DNA of 62,884 bases, from the IMG/VR virus record IMGVR_UViG_3300034021_001069; one strand, given 5' to 3'. This document shows, piece after piece, positions 10,201 through 20,000 of this stretch (position 1 is its first letter; the number at the start of each line of letters is the position of its first letter). A program made the translations under genes and the position numbers. The notes beneath the pieces are model-generated. The model worked only from the letters and a program-made list of their open reading frames with translations, had not been told where the DNA came from and ran no database searches. This DNA comes from an uncultured virus (IMG/VR IMGVR_UViG_3300034021_001069) (Duplodnaviria; Heunggongvirae; Uroviricota; Caudoviricetes).

Positions 10201-13005
10201 ATTTTGAGCATTAGTTGAACCGAAATATGCATGATATCTCACATCGACATTGTTTAGTTTGGATGGTGCAGTTCTAGCTGTTCCACTATCCTTTACATCT
10301 AAAGCACCTGAAATATATAAATCACCACCAATTAGAGCATCTTGAGCAATATAAGCACCACCATCATGACGCAATGAACCATAATCACCACCAACAATAG
10401 TAATATCAGTTGCCGAAGATGTATCAACTGTTATATTATTTGTTGATTCGAAGTAAATATTTTGAGCAACATTTAAGTTTCCTTCAATATCAGTATTACC
10501 AGTAGTAGATGTTACTTGGAATTTAGTTACACTACCATTTGTTATAGTGAAAGTTTTTCCAGTTGTATCCAATACAATATTATTATGAATTGTAGTGATA
10601 CCATCAATTTCCACATTAGCGTTGAAGTCTGCCTTTGCATCAACATTTAATGTGCTATCAAAATCTACTCCACTTACGACATTAAGTGTTCCTTGGATAG
10701 TGGTATTACCGTTATCTGTGTCAACTACAAATTTATTAACGCCTGCAGCAGTTCTAACAATAAATTCTTTATTGTCGGCAGCAACTATTAAATTATCTGT
10801 AATTCTAGATTCTAATTGAACATCTAGTGTTCCTTCGATTACAGTATTACCGTTGTCATAATCGACAGTAAATTTATCTACACCAGCAGCAGTTTGAATT
10901 TTAAAGTCTCTATTATCAGCCTTTAAAGTTAAATTGTGGTTAAATTCACCTTGGCTAGTAAATACAGAATTTCCAGCAACATTTAAATTTTGAGAAATTC
11001 CAACACCACCTGTAACAACAAGAGAACCAGTAGTGCTACTAGTAGACCCAACGTTGGAGGTAAGAGCAAGATTACCAGCAACGATACCAGCATCAGTACC
11101 AGAAAAGACTTCTGAAGTATTCGTAGCATTATACAAGAAACGATATCCACCAGTCGTGCCAGCCAGTGTCGTATAGTTTTCATCCCAACCATAGAATCCA
11201 AGTCTTGCTTGTGTGTCATAATACTTAAACTCTATACCTCTATCTTTATTGTCATCTACAGTTGGTGTAGTATCACCACCAAGAGTAATGATGGGATCAT
11301 CAACAGTAATAGTTGTAGAGTTTACTGTTGTAGTAGTTCCATCTACTTGTAGATTTCCTTTGATTTGAACAGTTCCCGTAATATCATCAATGCCTGCAGG
11401 ATCGAGAACTATCGTTGAATTTGTTGAACTAATAACATTATTGATAATGTAAAAGTCTTCAATTCTTACATCGTTATTTACAGACTCCAAATAAATTTGA
11501 CCATCTGATCTTATATTAATTTGGGATGAACCAGATCCTATATTTTGTGATATAATTTCTAAAGTTCTATTTACTGAAGAATTAACATTATGGTAGATTT
11601 TTAAATCTCCAGCAGTTCTTTCAATAGTTTGTAATGGAGATGTTCCAGGTCTATCGAGAATAATATTAGCTGCAGAGATATTAGTATCTACATTGATATC
11701 AACGCCCCCAGCCCCAGAATTGTCAACATTATTAGCAGAAAAAAGAAGGTTTCCAGATATGTCATTGACTTTAACGTAATTTAGGTAATTAAATCCTCTA
11801 TAACCAGATGTTGAGGTTAACTCTTGATCTAGTTCAAAATCTTCTTTGCTGTTTCCATCAGCAAATGAAATTCTGTTATTTTGTAGCTGAATATTATCAA
11901 TTCCTCGATCAGCAATAGTTACATGACCATTTGCATCAACATCAAAATCTTCTTGATCAAACGATGCTAATCCTTTTTGCTCTGTTAAAGCACTTCCTAG
12001 ATATCTCCATCCATTAGTATCAGAAGTATCAGTATGATTTGGCTCAGCTCCACCAGAAGAAATACTTCGAATCGATTGGTATAATCTTCCAGCTGCTGTT
12101 TTTACTTTTGCGTATCTAGCGTATGTAGTAGCAGAACTGAATAATGCATCTTTTGTTCCCTGTGTTGCGGTTGCAATAGGAACTGTTAGTGCAGCAGTCA
12201 ACCTACCATAACGGTCTACAGTAAATTTTGGTGCGTTTACCGTTTCTTGAGGAGAAGCAGATCCAGCTCCCAAAGGAACTGAAGTTTTAGATTCTGTGTT
12301 ATATGATCCAACAACGACTGTTGTATCTGCTAGATCAATTGTTGGGTTGCCACCAACGCCATCAGAATTGGAAGTTAAAATTCTTCCAGCAGAACCTGCA
12401 ATCGATCTAGTAACTGCAACTCCAGTTGCCGTTCTTGTAATTAGACCCTGAGATGTCAATCCTGCAATTGCTGATAGGTCAGAGTCTAAAGGTTGAGCGT
12501 CAGTAATACCATACTGAGAAAGAGTATTGGGGCTAAATGCGTTAACAATTCTTCCTCTAGAATCAACCTCAAATTGGGTATATGTTCCAGTAGCACCCAA
12601 ATCTTGAGCATCATAATGTGGTAAACTAGTTACATATCCTAATTCTGCAACAAGAGTTAAGTTAGCAGAACCATCAAATGTTCCGCTACCAGTCATGTCT
12701 CCAGATAATGTAATTAGACGAGCGTTTGCAAGTCTAGTTGATGTTGCAGCGTTTCCAATTAGGTTTGCAGTAATAGCACCAGCAGAGAAATTACCATCAG
12801 CATCTCTTTTGACTAGAGTATTTGCGGTATTAGTTTCTGTTTCTACTGGTCGCTCATATTTTAAAGAATTCCATGGAGTAACACCATCTCCAATCTTAAT
12901 TCTAGATGTATCAATTTCAATACCAAGCTCACCCTGCGCAAGAATTGGATTGACATTTGCCCACTGCTGAGCACCATCTCTTCTTAACTGAATTCTATTT
13001 GCCAT
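7297..13005 (-). CDS. Long fibre/whisker-like structural protein, 1902 aa
   Basis: N-terminal RIQLRR...W...NPILAQGELGIEIDT..IKIGDG (Mtd_N/hyaluronidase-N-like anchor), many G/T/S/V beta-helix-like repeats. Sits next to the neck genes, where T4 has wac. Confidence 0.85.
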   Translation of the reverse strand: MANRIQLRRDGAQQWANVNPILAQGELGIEIDTSRIKIGDGVTPWNSLKYERPVETETNTANTLVKRDADGNFSAGAITANLIGNAATSTRLANARLITLSGDMTGSGTFDGSANLTLVAELGYVTSLPHYDAQDLGATGTYTQFEVDSRGRIVNAFSPNTLSQYGITDAQPLDSDLSAIAGLTSQGLITRTATGVAVTRSIAGSAGRILTSNSDGVGGNPTIDLADTTVVVGSYNTESKTSVPLGAGSASPQETVNAPKFTVDRYGRLTAALTVPIATATQGTKDALFSSATTYARYAKVKTAAGRLYQSIRSISSGGAEPNHTDTSDTNGWRYLGSALTEQKGLASFDQEDFDVDANGHVTIADRGIDNIQLQNNRISFADGNSKEDFELDQELTSTSGYRGFNYLNYVKVNDISGNLLFSANNVDNSGAGGVDINVDTNISAANIILDRPGTSPLQTIERTAGDLKIYHNVNSSVNRTLEIISQNIGSGSSQINIRSDGQIYLESVNNDVRIEDFYIINNVISSTNSTIVLDPAGIDDITGTVQIKGNLQVDGTTTTVNSTTITVDDPIITLGGDTTPTVDDNKDRGIEFKYYDTQARLGFYGWDENYTTLAGTTGGYRFLYNATNTSEVFSGTDAGIVAGNLALTSNVGSTSSTTGSLVVTGGVGISQNLNVAGNSVFTSQGEFNHNLTLKADNRDFKIQTAAGVDKFTVDYDNGNTVIEGTLDVQLESRITDNLIVAADNKEFIVRTAAGVNKFVVDTDNGNTTIQGTLNVVSGVDFDSTLNVDAKADFNANVEIDGITTIHNNIVLDTTGKTFTITNGSVTKFQVTSTTGNTDIEGNLNVAQNIYFESTNNITVDTSSATDITIVGGDYGSLRHDGGAYIAQDALIGGDLYISGALDVKDSGTARTAPSKLNNVDVRYHAYFGSTNAQNATYANDPSANVRIAGGLGVVQDLHVGDDFYVGKEGSTDTVEFEILGESGNTTIGRTGQGSNSVGTLTVHGDVTLNRDLFVNRNVTIGDASVDTLTVNSTTTFNAPVTLSSGQNLLVGGNTTITGNLTVNGTTTTVNSTSITVDDPIITLGGDTAPASDDNKDRGVEFRYFDTQARLGFFGWDDSAARYVFLHAATNSAEVFTGTRSGIDAGSIKLFDTTNSTNSASGTLIVGGGVGVGLDLYVGGLLNVTGTASITGNTTITGTANIVNDFSVNTNRFNVVAASGNTSIAGTLNVTGATTLSNTANIVGNFSVNTNKFNVIAASGNTSIAGTLGVTAATTLSNTLTLTGAADLNSTLNVAGLVRFENIDIPNIDATNFTILSSDYGAFRFDGGGYVAGQVLFADDVYVAGELKIKDTGGATGSTLNNVTVRYKGFFGSLASYTPTFSTDNNANIRVYGGMSVGTDIQLGRDLIIGKTSSGATAKASISGTTGNALFTGTLGVTGITNLSSSLNVTGAIVASSTINVTGSLIVNTDKFSVTAATGNTSVAGTLSAGGNFAVNTNKFNVIASSGNTSVAGSLDVTGVTSLSSSLTVTGAATLNSSLGLLGNFNINTNKFSVVAASGNTSVAGTLNVAGNTTLSAALGVTGLLTATGGVSGNVTGNLTGTADKSNLAAITNTTSSNLTYYPTFVSATTGYSEIRTDSDNLTYNPATNTLQVSNFRSTTDFTVEGNLTITGTALYGQSQVGDISNHNTDDLSEGTTNLYFTNERVDDRVSNLIIGGTGISSTYSDNGDGAGSLTLAIDFAEFSTTNIAEGTKQFFTTERARTSVSAAGDLAYNSLTGVFSVTTFKTADARSSISVTDAGGAGSLTYSSSTGVITYTGPNISSFGESLIDDVDAAAARSTLGLGTAATTNSTAYATAAQGTTADDTNSDLSSLYTALVAIGNNASITTVTQLKAALAALVRP
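8290..9420 (-). repeat. Tandem coding repeats NF-x-VNTNKF-x-V-x-A-x-SGNTS-[IV]-AG-x-L in the fibre
   Basis: At least five copies visible in the translation. Confidence 0.8.
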
Positions 13006-13043
13006 TTTTAAGTAAAACTAAATTGGAGACAGTTCTTCTGGTT

Positions 13044-13051
13044 TATTTATA
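13044..13051 (-). promoter_or_regulatory. T4 late promoter (TATAAATA)
   Basis: Perfect consensus about 40 nt upstream of the fibre ATG. Confidence 0.8.
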
Positions 13052-13565
13052 TTGATAAAATATCCTTAAGTGAGGGTATCTCATATGGATGAGACTGAAA
13101 AACTAAACTGAATCTTCCTGGAGCTGGGCAAGATGATACAGGTGGTCTTGCAGAGTGCAATATATTTGATTGAAATTTAATAATTCGACCAGGAACAGGA
13201 TTAATTGATCTTATAATATTTCCATTATTGGCAAATATTGTTTCACCTCCCCAATTAATATCCCAATGGGTATTAAGATATATTAATATAGTTATACCTT
13301 CATCTCCATTAGAATCGACATGTAACTTAGGTGAATCTCCATGTCTGAAAAAATTATATATACACTTCTTATAAGATCCATCAATATAATTTAAAAATTT
13401 CAATGCCAAAGGCTCAAAATCTTCTGATTCGAAAACCTTACCAAACGATGCATTAGTATTATCTCTGATATTATCAATCAATAAATCCCAAGAATATCTT
13501 AAGAAATAAGTTTCAGCTTCCTCTATTAAAGAATATGGAATTATGTTATCGTATATTTCAATCAT
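13047..13565 (-). CDS. 2OG-Fe(II) oxygenase (prolyl-4-hydroxylase-like)
   Basis: HVD...TILIYLNTHWDINWGGETIF...PVPGRII.F...HSARP...RFSLVF: HxD...H triad plus 2OG-binding RxS. Confidence 0.92.
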   Translation of the reverse strand: MIEIYDNIIPYSLIEEAETYFLRYSWDLLIDNIRDNTNASFGKVFESEDFEPLALKFLNYIDGSYKKCIYNFFRHGDSPKLHVDSNGDEGITILIYLNTHWDINWGGETIFANNGNIIRSINPVPGRIIKFQSNILHSARPPVSSCPAPGRFSLVFQSHPYEIPSLKDILSI

Positions 13566-13568
13566 ATT

Positions 13569-13587
13569 AAAAAGGGGCTTGCGCCCC
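13569..13587 (-). terminator. Rho-independent terminator
   Basis: GGGGC-GCAA-GCCCC-TTTTT on the minus strand (GNRA tetraloop). Confidence 0.85.
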
Positions 13588-13594
13588 CAATGAA

Positions 13595-13804
13595 TTATTC
13601 TTCTACTTGAGCTTCAACTTCAGAACCGTCTTTTGTTAGATATTCTAGAGTTTCGATTGCACCAAGAAGCTTAAGTGCAGTATTTTCATTTTCTTTTAGC
13701 TTAGCCGAGAGTTGTCTATTTTCATTGACAATATTCTCGTATCTAGAACGAAACTGTTGAAGAAGTTCTTCTTTTTCCATTACTTCAGTATTATCAATTG
13801 TCAT
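13595..13804 (-). CDS. Small coiled-coil hypothetical protein
   Basis: Likely start MTIDN at 13804; ...ALKLLGAIETLEYL. Confidence 0.75.
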   Translation of the reverse strand: MTIDNTEVMEKEELLQQFRSRYENIVNENRQLSAKLKENENTALKLLGAIETLEYLTKDGSEVEAQVEE

Positions 13805-14039
13805 TTTTCTTATCCTCAATTAATTTAACTAATAGAGCTTTAATATCACTCATCTCTGATTTTAGCACAGAAACATCACTTTGCAAATCTTGAAATTTTT
13901 TCTTATTTCTTTGCCTTGCATTGTATGCTTCGATGTATTTATCATATTCTAATTGGTTGCCATATACGATAGCATTTGTTTTTGCATCTCGAAACCAACC
14001 ATCTGCATTTTCTACAGGTATTAAATTTTCATCCATCAT
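13794..14039 (-). CDS. Small coiled-coil hypothetical protein
   Basis: IPVEN..GWFRDAKTNAIV...LKSEMSDIKALL; coupled to the VrlC-like stop. Confidence 0.75.
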   Translation of the reverse strand: MMDENLIPVENADGWFRDAKTNAIVYGNQLEYDKYIEAYNARQRNKKKFQDLQSDVSVLKSEMSDIKALLVKLIEDKKNDN

Positions 14040-17000
14040 GATGCCAATGCAATAGATCTAAACTCTTTAACTTGGGGAACAATTGCTTGATTTGTGCTGG
14101 TCATTACAATCTTAATTTGATAAGTATCAAATGTTAAGTTATTAGCAAAGAACTCATAGTCTTTAAATGAATTTATAGTTTCTGATGGAGATGGATTATT
14201 TTTTCCTTCAGGTGGATTCATTTCTACCCACTTAATTTGGTTTGGATTTGTTGTTCCAGAAGCCAAATATGCCTTGTAATAAACTTTGATTTTATTTTGT
14301 GGCGATCTATCTGCGGCAAAATCAACCTTAATTGACTTCGATGGAGATAATAGTTTAGCAGGCTTTGTAATATAGATAGCTTCATTTTGATCACCATATG
14401 GATCGGTAGAAGTATCACCAAATGGATCACCATATCCATAACCAGCATCACCTGTTCCACCGCCAACCCAATTGTTGATTCTATTAGTTGTTGTGATAAT
14501 AGAAGTTCTATCTAAATCAATAATTGGCGACAGGGTATCTTTTGTTGTAGTTAATATAACATTCAGTGTCATTGATTTATCACCACTGAGCTTATTATCT
14601 TCATTTACTTTGGAACATATTAGCTTAGGATTAGCAAAATAGTTCGTATCATTTAATACGACATCATCATATTCTCCAGTATTGACAAATGAAGCTTGAT
14701 CGATAATAGAAGTTCCATCACCAATAGATGTTCCTCTAGTAGTATTAACTCTTGCAGTAATATTCGTTTCTGGGAAATTTAAAGTAGCAATTCTTGGAGT
14801 TAATAATTCAAATTGAACATTTTGAGTGGCGTAAATATTTTCTCCTCCACCAAGAATACCGATACTAGCTACAGAATTAGTAGATAATAAGTATTGATCT
14901 AGAGTTGGATTTTCAATTGCAGTATGAATTTTATTAATCTCAATTAAAGGAATGCCATCTAAGTTATAGCATTCCACTATAGAACCACTAGTATGATTTG
15001 ATTCCGAAGTTCCTGCAGCTGCTCTTCCTGATGTAGCTACTGTAATTATTTGACCATTTGTTGATATTGCAGAATATTGAATGATTTCATTGTTAATTTT
15101 AATATAACCAGGATTCAAATTACCAATTGCTTGAGCATTAATAACTTTATGGAAAGCAGTAGCATCCTGAACAGTAATTGAATTTGATCCAATATTTAAA
15201 TCTGCAGTCAATACAGTAGCTGGAACTTCAGAAATTACTCCACTAATTTCTACATTATTTTGCCTACTGTGCATACAATGATTGTTGTGAGAAACAATAA
15301 TTGCCTTATCTTCTATTCTTGCTGTTGGTGCTGATGCTGGATATCCATTTACACTATCACCAGAATAAGTATCCGATGAAATTGTAGCACTAACTCCAGA
15401 TTCATTTGATAATGTATCAGAAGAATCAAATTCACCATTCATATAATTTAACTCTAGTGTTAATGTTCCACTAGTATATGAAGTAACAACACCAGTTGTT
15501 CCACTATTGCTACCAGTGATAACATCACCAATAGCGAAGGTTCCATTCTGTATTGTTGAGAGAACAACAGTTGCTAATGACTGAGATGATTTTATATTTT
15601 GGAATATAGCACCATCTCCCTGAACAAAACCAGCCGCCCAAGTTCCCGCAATGTCAGTAACTGTAATTGAATTATTTGCTCCAAGGGTGCTAAATGAAAC
15701 TACAGTTGCTTCAGCATTGCTGGGCTCTTGAATTAATCTCGCTCCAATAGTATAAGAATATGTGTTACCTGTTGGTAAGTTAATTACTCTCTTTGGATTA
15801 ATTGTTCTGATCGAGTTCTCTGCTAATTTACTTATTCCTCCATTTCCAATACCCAAGTCTGAATTGTTAAAAATTACACTACCAGTATTAGTATTAAACT
15901 TCGCTCTATAAACTGAGAATTTCAAATCTTCATATTGATCTGCAGTCCATGTAGAGGCATTCTGTGATTTAAATAGAACACCAGCATATGGCTGTTCAGA
16001 AATTGTTCTATTACCAGAAACATCAATATCACCCATTCTTGATATCCAAACTCTATATTCATTGGAGTCTGACAGTAATACAAAACAATGCTCTTCAGAT
16101 TGTTTAATATAGACAGGTGCCTTAAATCTAAATCTGGTAGGAATTGCAGCGTTATCTGATATTTCAATTTGATCTGGAGTTAATGTAATATCAGAGAATG
16201 GTAAAATGATTTTGGATGGGTAACCATTTTCCATTGTTCTAACTTGCATTGAAACTGGAACATTAGAATCTTTGGTTGCAAAATATATATCAACACTAGT
16301 TAGGAATACTCCGCCAGGTTCATCAGAAATAAATGACTGGGCAAGAGGGTCATACCAACCACCAACTCTAACTTCGGTTCTAGTCGAAGAAATTACTCTA
16401 CTATCACTAACAGTATCTCTAACTAAAGATGCATTACGAATGGCGAGAACATTTTCTTGAACGGTATTCAGTGTTCCAGATGCAATATATTCAGTTTCTG
16501 CTGAAGTATCTACAGTTCCAGGAACTCTACTATCAGTTAAAGATGTAGTAAATCTTAACGTTCTTGTTCCTGTTGCCCACCTTGGATTTGAATCTAAAGA
16601 AGGAGATGGGATGAAGAAAGATCCAGAAATAGATCCAACATTATCAGTGATCAATCTTCTATCTTTGACTACTGCTCGGGCACCAGAAGTTAATCCAACC
16701 AATACTTCACCTATTGCCACATTTCCGAAATAATTTGGGCTAATAATTTCTGATAGTTTAATAGTATCAATATTTAAAACACTAGTTTGTGATGCATAAG
16801 ATTCTGGTAGATTCTCTTCAGTTAAAGAATATGGATTTTTTACAACTCCATCATTTGGTGGCGTTACTAACAAACGACATCTGCTAGTTTGACCAACGAC
16901 GGTTTCACCGATAACAAATGGAGTTTCATTAGTTCTAATATCCTGACCACTATTTTTTACCAATTCGATAACTTTTGGAGTAATATAATTGTCAATTAAA

Positions 17001-20000
17001 ATTCCATCAAAGAATGCATGAAGTCTAGTTCTTGGCTTCATTCTAGCTGCAGTAAATGCGATATTTCTAGAACGTATCCATGGAACACTAGTTGAAGATA
17101 GAAGAGTGTCACCCAATGATTGCTCATCAACTCTAGGTAGAACCCTAGTTCTAATACCAGTTCTTGCTTGACCTGATGTAGTTGTAGTCGTAGATGCCCA
17201 AACATCACGAATAGGAATATTACCTTCCCTCCAAGAATTAGTCCATGATGCTACCCCAGTCCATGTAGTCTGCCATGATCCCCATTCAATAGGAGCAAAC
17301 CCATTATTATCGACATTTAATCTTCTTGCTGTTGCTTCGAAGTTACCCTCAATTGAAGTGACTCTCCTAGGAACACGATTTGTATCAATCCAGTCATCTG
17401 AAGATGGAACTAAATCAATTCTACCGAGATAAGTAAATACGTTAAATGGATTAACATTTTCCTGTCTAGAAGCATATGGCTGATCAATAATTTTAAGATC
17501 AGTATATGGCAGTGTTATCAATTGATCTGTTTTTTGGATATTTGATGATTGTTGATCATTAAATGCTAATGCAATATTAGTTGTATAGTGAGATGGTCTT
17601 AGAACATTTGTGGTGAAGTCAATAGATGCTTTATAATCTTGATTTTGAATATCTGCAATTCCTTGATCACTAAAATCATCTACAATAAATCCGTTTTTAA
17701 GTCTATCAAATCCATCTTCATCTTTAATTGATGTATTTTGAGTTTTCATCTCTAATAAAGAAAGAGATGTGTAATACTCAACATTTCCTAGACGCTTATC
17801 GATATCACCGATATCCCTCATGGTATATCTTCTATTTTTCTCTCTCAAAATTGCAACATCATTAATTACATCATCTAGATATGCAGCATAAGATAGTGTT
17901 GCCAATAGCATTGCGTTGTCAATTTTAGATGGTAGCTGCTTTTGCTCTTCTGGTTTACCTAGAGCAACAACAAGATTACCTTCAGAATTAATATAGAGTT
18001 GATCAATTCTAGGTAAGTAATATGAATAGTCACATCTGAACTCTTCTTCAACTTTCATTAAATCAAATATAGTTGATGCTCCTGCACCACCAGCAGTAGA
18101 AAATACTCTACTATTAAAGTCTAAAGTAGCACATGTGACAATAAAAGGAGATCCTACAGTTCCAGAACCAGATGCTAATTCACCAACTGCTGGTCTAAAG
18201 TCAATAACGTCTCGGGTTCTCTTTGTCGAGTTACCTACAGGAATATTTGGAATTTCTGAAAATTTAACACCAGTATATGATTGATTACTGAAATAATCAC
18301 CAGAAGCTTCATGTAAGAAATAATCAAAGACTGCAGAGATTTTTCTTCTTGGTGGTGTAATACCCCTACGTCTGACTAACTTAGAAACATCATAGAAATA
18401 TGAATTTTGATTGGTATCTAAGTAAAATTGATTTGTAATATTTTTACTTCCCAATTCGATGGAAGTTTCAGTATCTTCAATCAAAGCAGTTAACGATGAA
18501 GTATCTGCAGCTTCACCTGTAATTTCTTCCCCTGGTAAAAATGGAATATTATTTAATGATACATTATAAAGTTTTAAATCAGATGCATTAAAAGATATTA
18601 CTCTAGCTCTAGCTCCAGATTTACTTCCAACAATTACTGTTCCTGTAGCAAAAAATACTATATCAGCAAGAGTTACATATGGAATTTTAGGATCACCATC
18701 ATCTAAAGATTCGTAAACAGCATGGAGCTTATATGCATCATTTACACCTAAAGATATTTCTGGATCTTCAATTCTAGTTCCATATAAATTACCATATGCT
18801 AAGCCAAATTTTTGAACATCATTATTTGATTGAGTTCTGACTGCTTTCAGAACACGCATCTTAGATGCCGTTTTAATTTTTTTCGTAACAACGTTTTTCG
18901 AAATCGCTGAAGTTAATGTAACTGTATTTACATTAGTTAATCCAGAGATTGTTATACTTTGTCTAGTTGCACCAAAACTTACAGTTAATGTTCCAAGAGT
19001 GTTCAAATTATCGATATCTAAATTATCACCAACATCCCAAACTGATCCAGTTTCAGATGTAATTGTCAGAACATAATTTTCAGAATTTAAAGCTGCAAAC
19101 TGTTGATTTTCTGGTAGCGATAAAGTTATACCACCAGCAATTACGGTTTTATTTACAAACTGCTGCATGGTTATGAAGCTTTCATCATCGATTGCTCGAA
19201 TTGCTTCTTTTGGCATGTCAATAGTTAAATCGCCAGAATCATCAACCTTTGTAAATAAAATGGGTCTCAATCTAACAACACTATTATATGAACCATCCGC
19301 TACAGTTCCAATAGTTTTTGCTACATCTAAATCTGCATGTTGAACGAGATAATCAAAAATTGGATCGGTTCCACCATACTGATTTTGTGAAGTTATTTGA
19401 ATCGCATTTTGATTTACCAGTTCAACTCTAATAGTATTATTACCAGAGTTATTTGATGCTGAAACTGCTAATACATCTCCAGGTCTTAAATCATTTTCAA
19501 ATTTAGACAAGAAACCTTCAATTCTATTATTAGTTGTTTTGTCAATCTTAAATGATTGACCAACCATAGGATAAGCCCCATTTAAGCTTAAATTAGCAGA
19601 GAAAGTAATTTGACTTAATGTATTTCTACCAACTACCTGCTTAGTATCTGTGAATTCATATTCAAAATTTGCTCTAACTTCTGCAAGAACCCTACCATCT
19701 CTTTCAATGATTTCATTATTGACGAATCTTCCACTAACTTCGATTAGCTTGATTGTAGTTCCAGTTGAACTAGAATCGATGAATCCTCTCGCACCAGACG
19801 TTCTTCCGATAATAAGATCACCAGCAGAAACTTGAACAGATGATCCCAAATTCAGAACAGTATACATCTGAATATCCATCAGATATAAGTTATATTCTGT
19901 ATTTTGTTGCATTAATTGGATAGCTCTTGCCTTTCCAATAACACTTCCTGCCGTAGATCCTCTAACTGAATTCCAGTTATCTCTCAGCTCTAATGTTTGA

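Noticed and set aside
8290..11360. Fibre repeats considered as a DGR template/variable pair
   Set aside because: Both copies are in-frame coding, the differences do not look adenine-specific by eye, and there is no reverse transcriptase in the window.
7451..12970. Several plus-strand ORFs of up to 270 aa opposite the fibre gene
   Set aside because: Antisense shadows of a Thr/Gly/Ser/Val-rich gene whose codon usage avoids reverse-strand stops. The products are low-complexity P/V/A/L, with no promoter or RBS.
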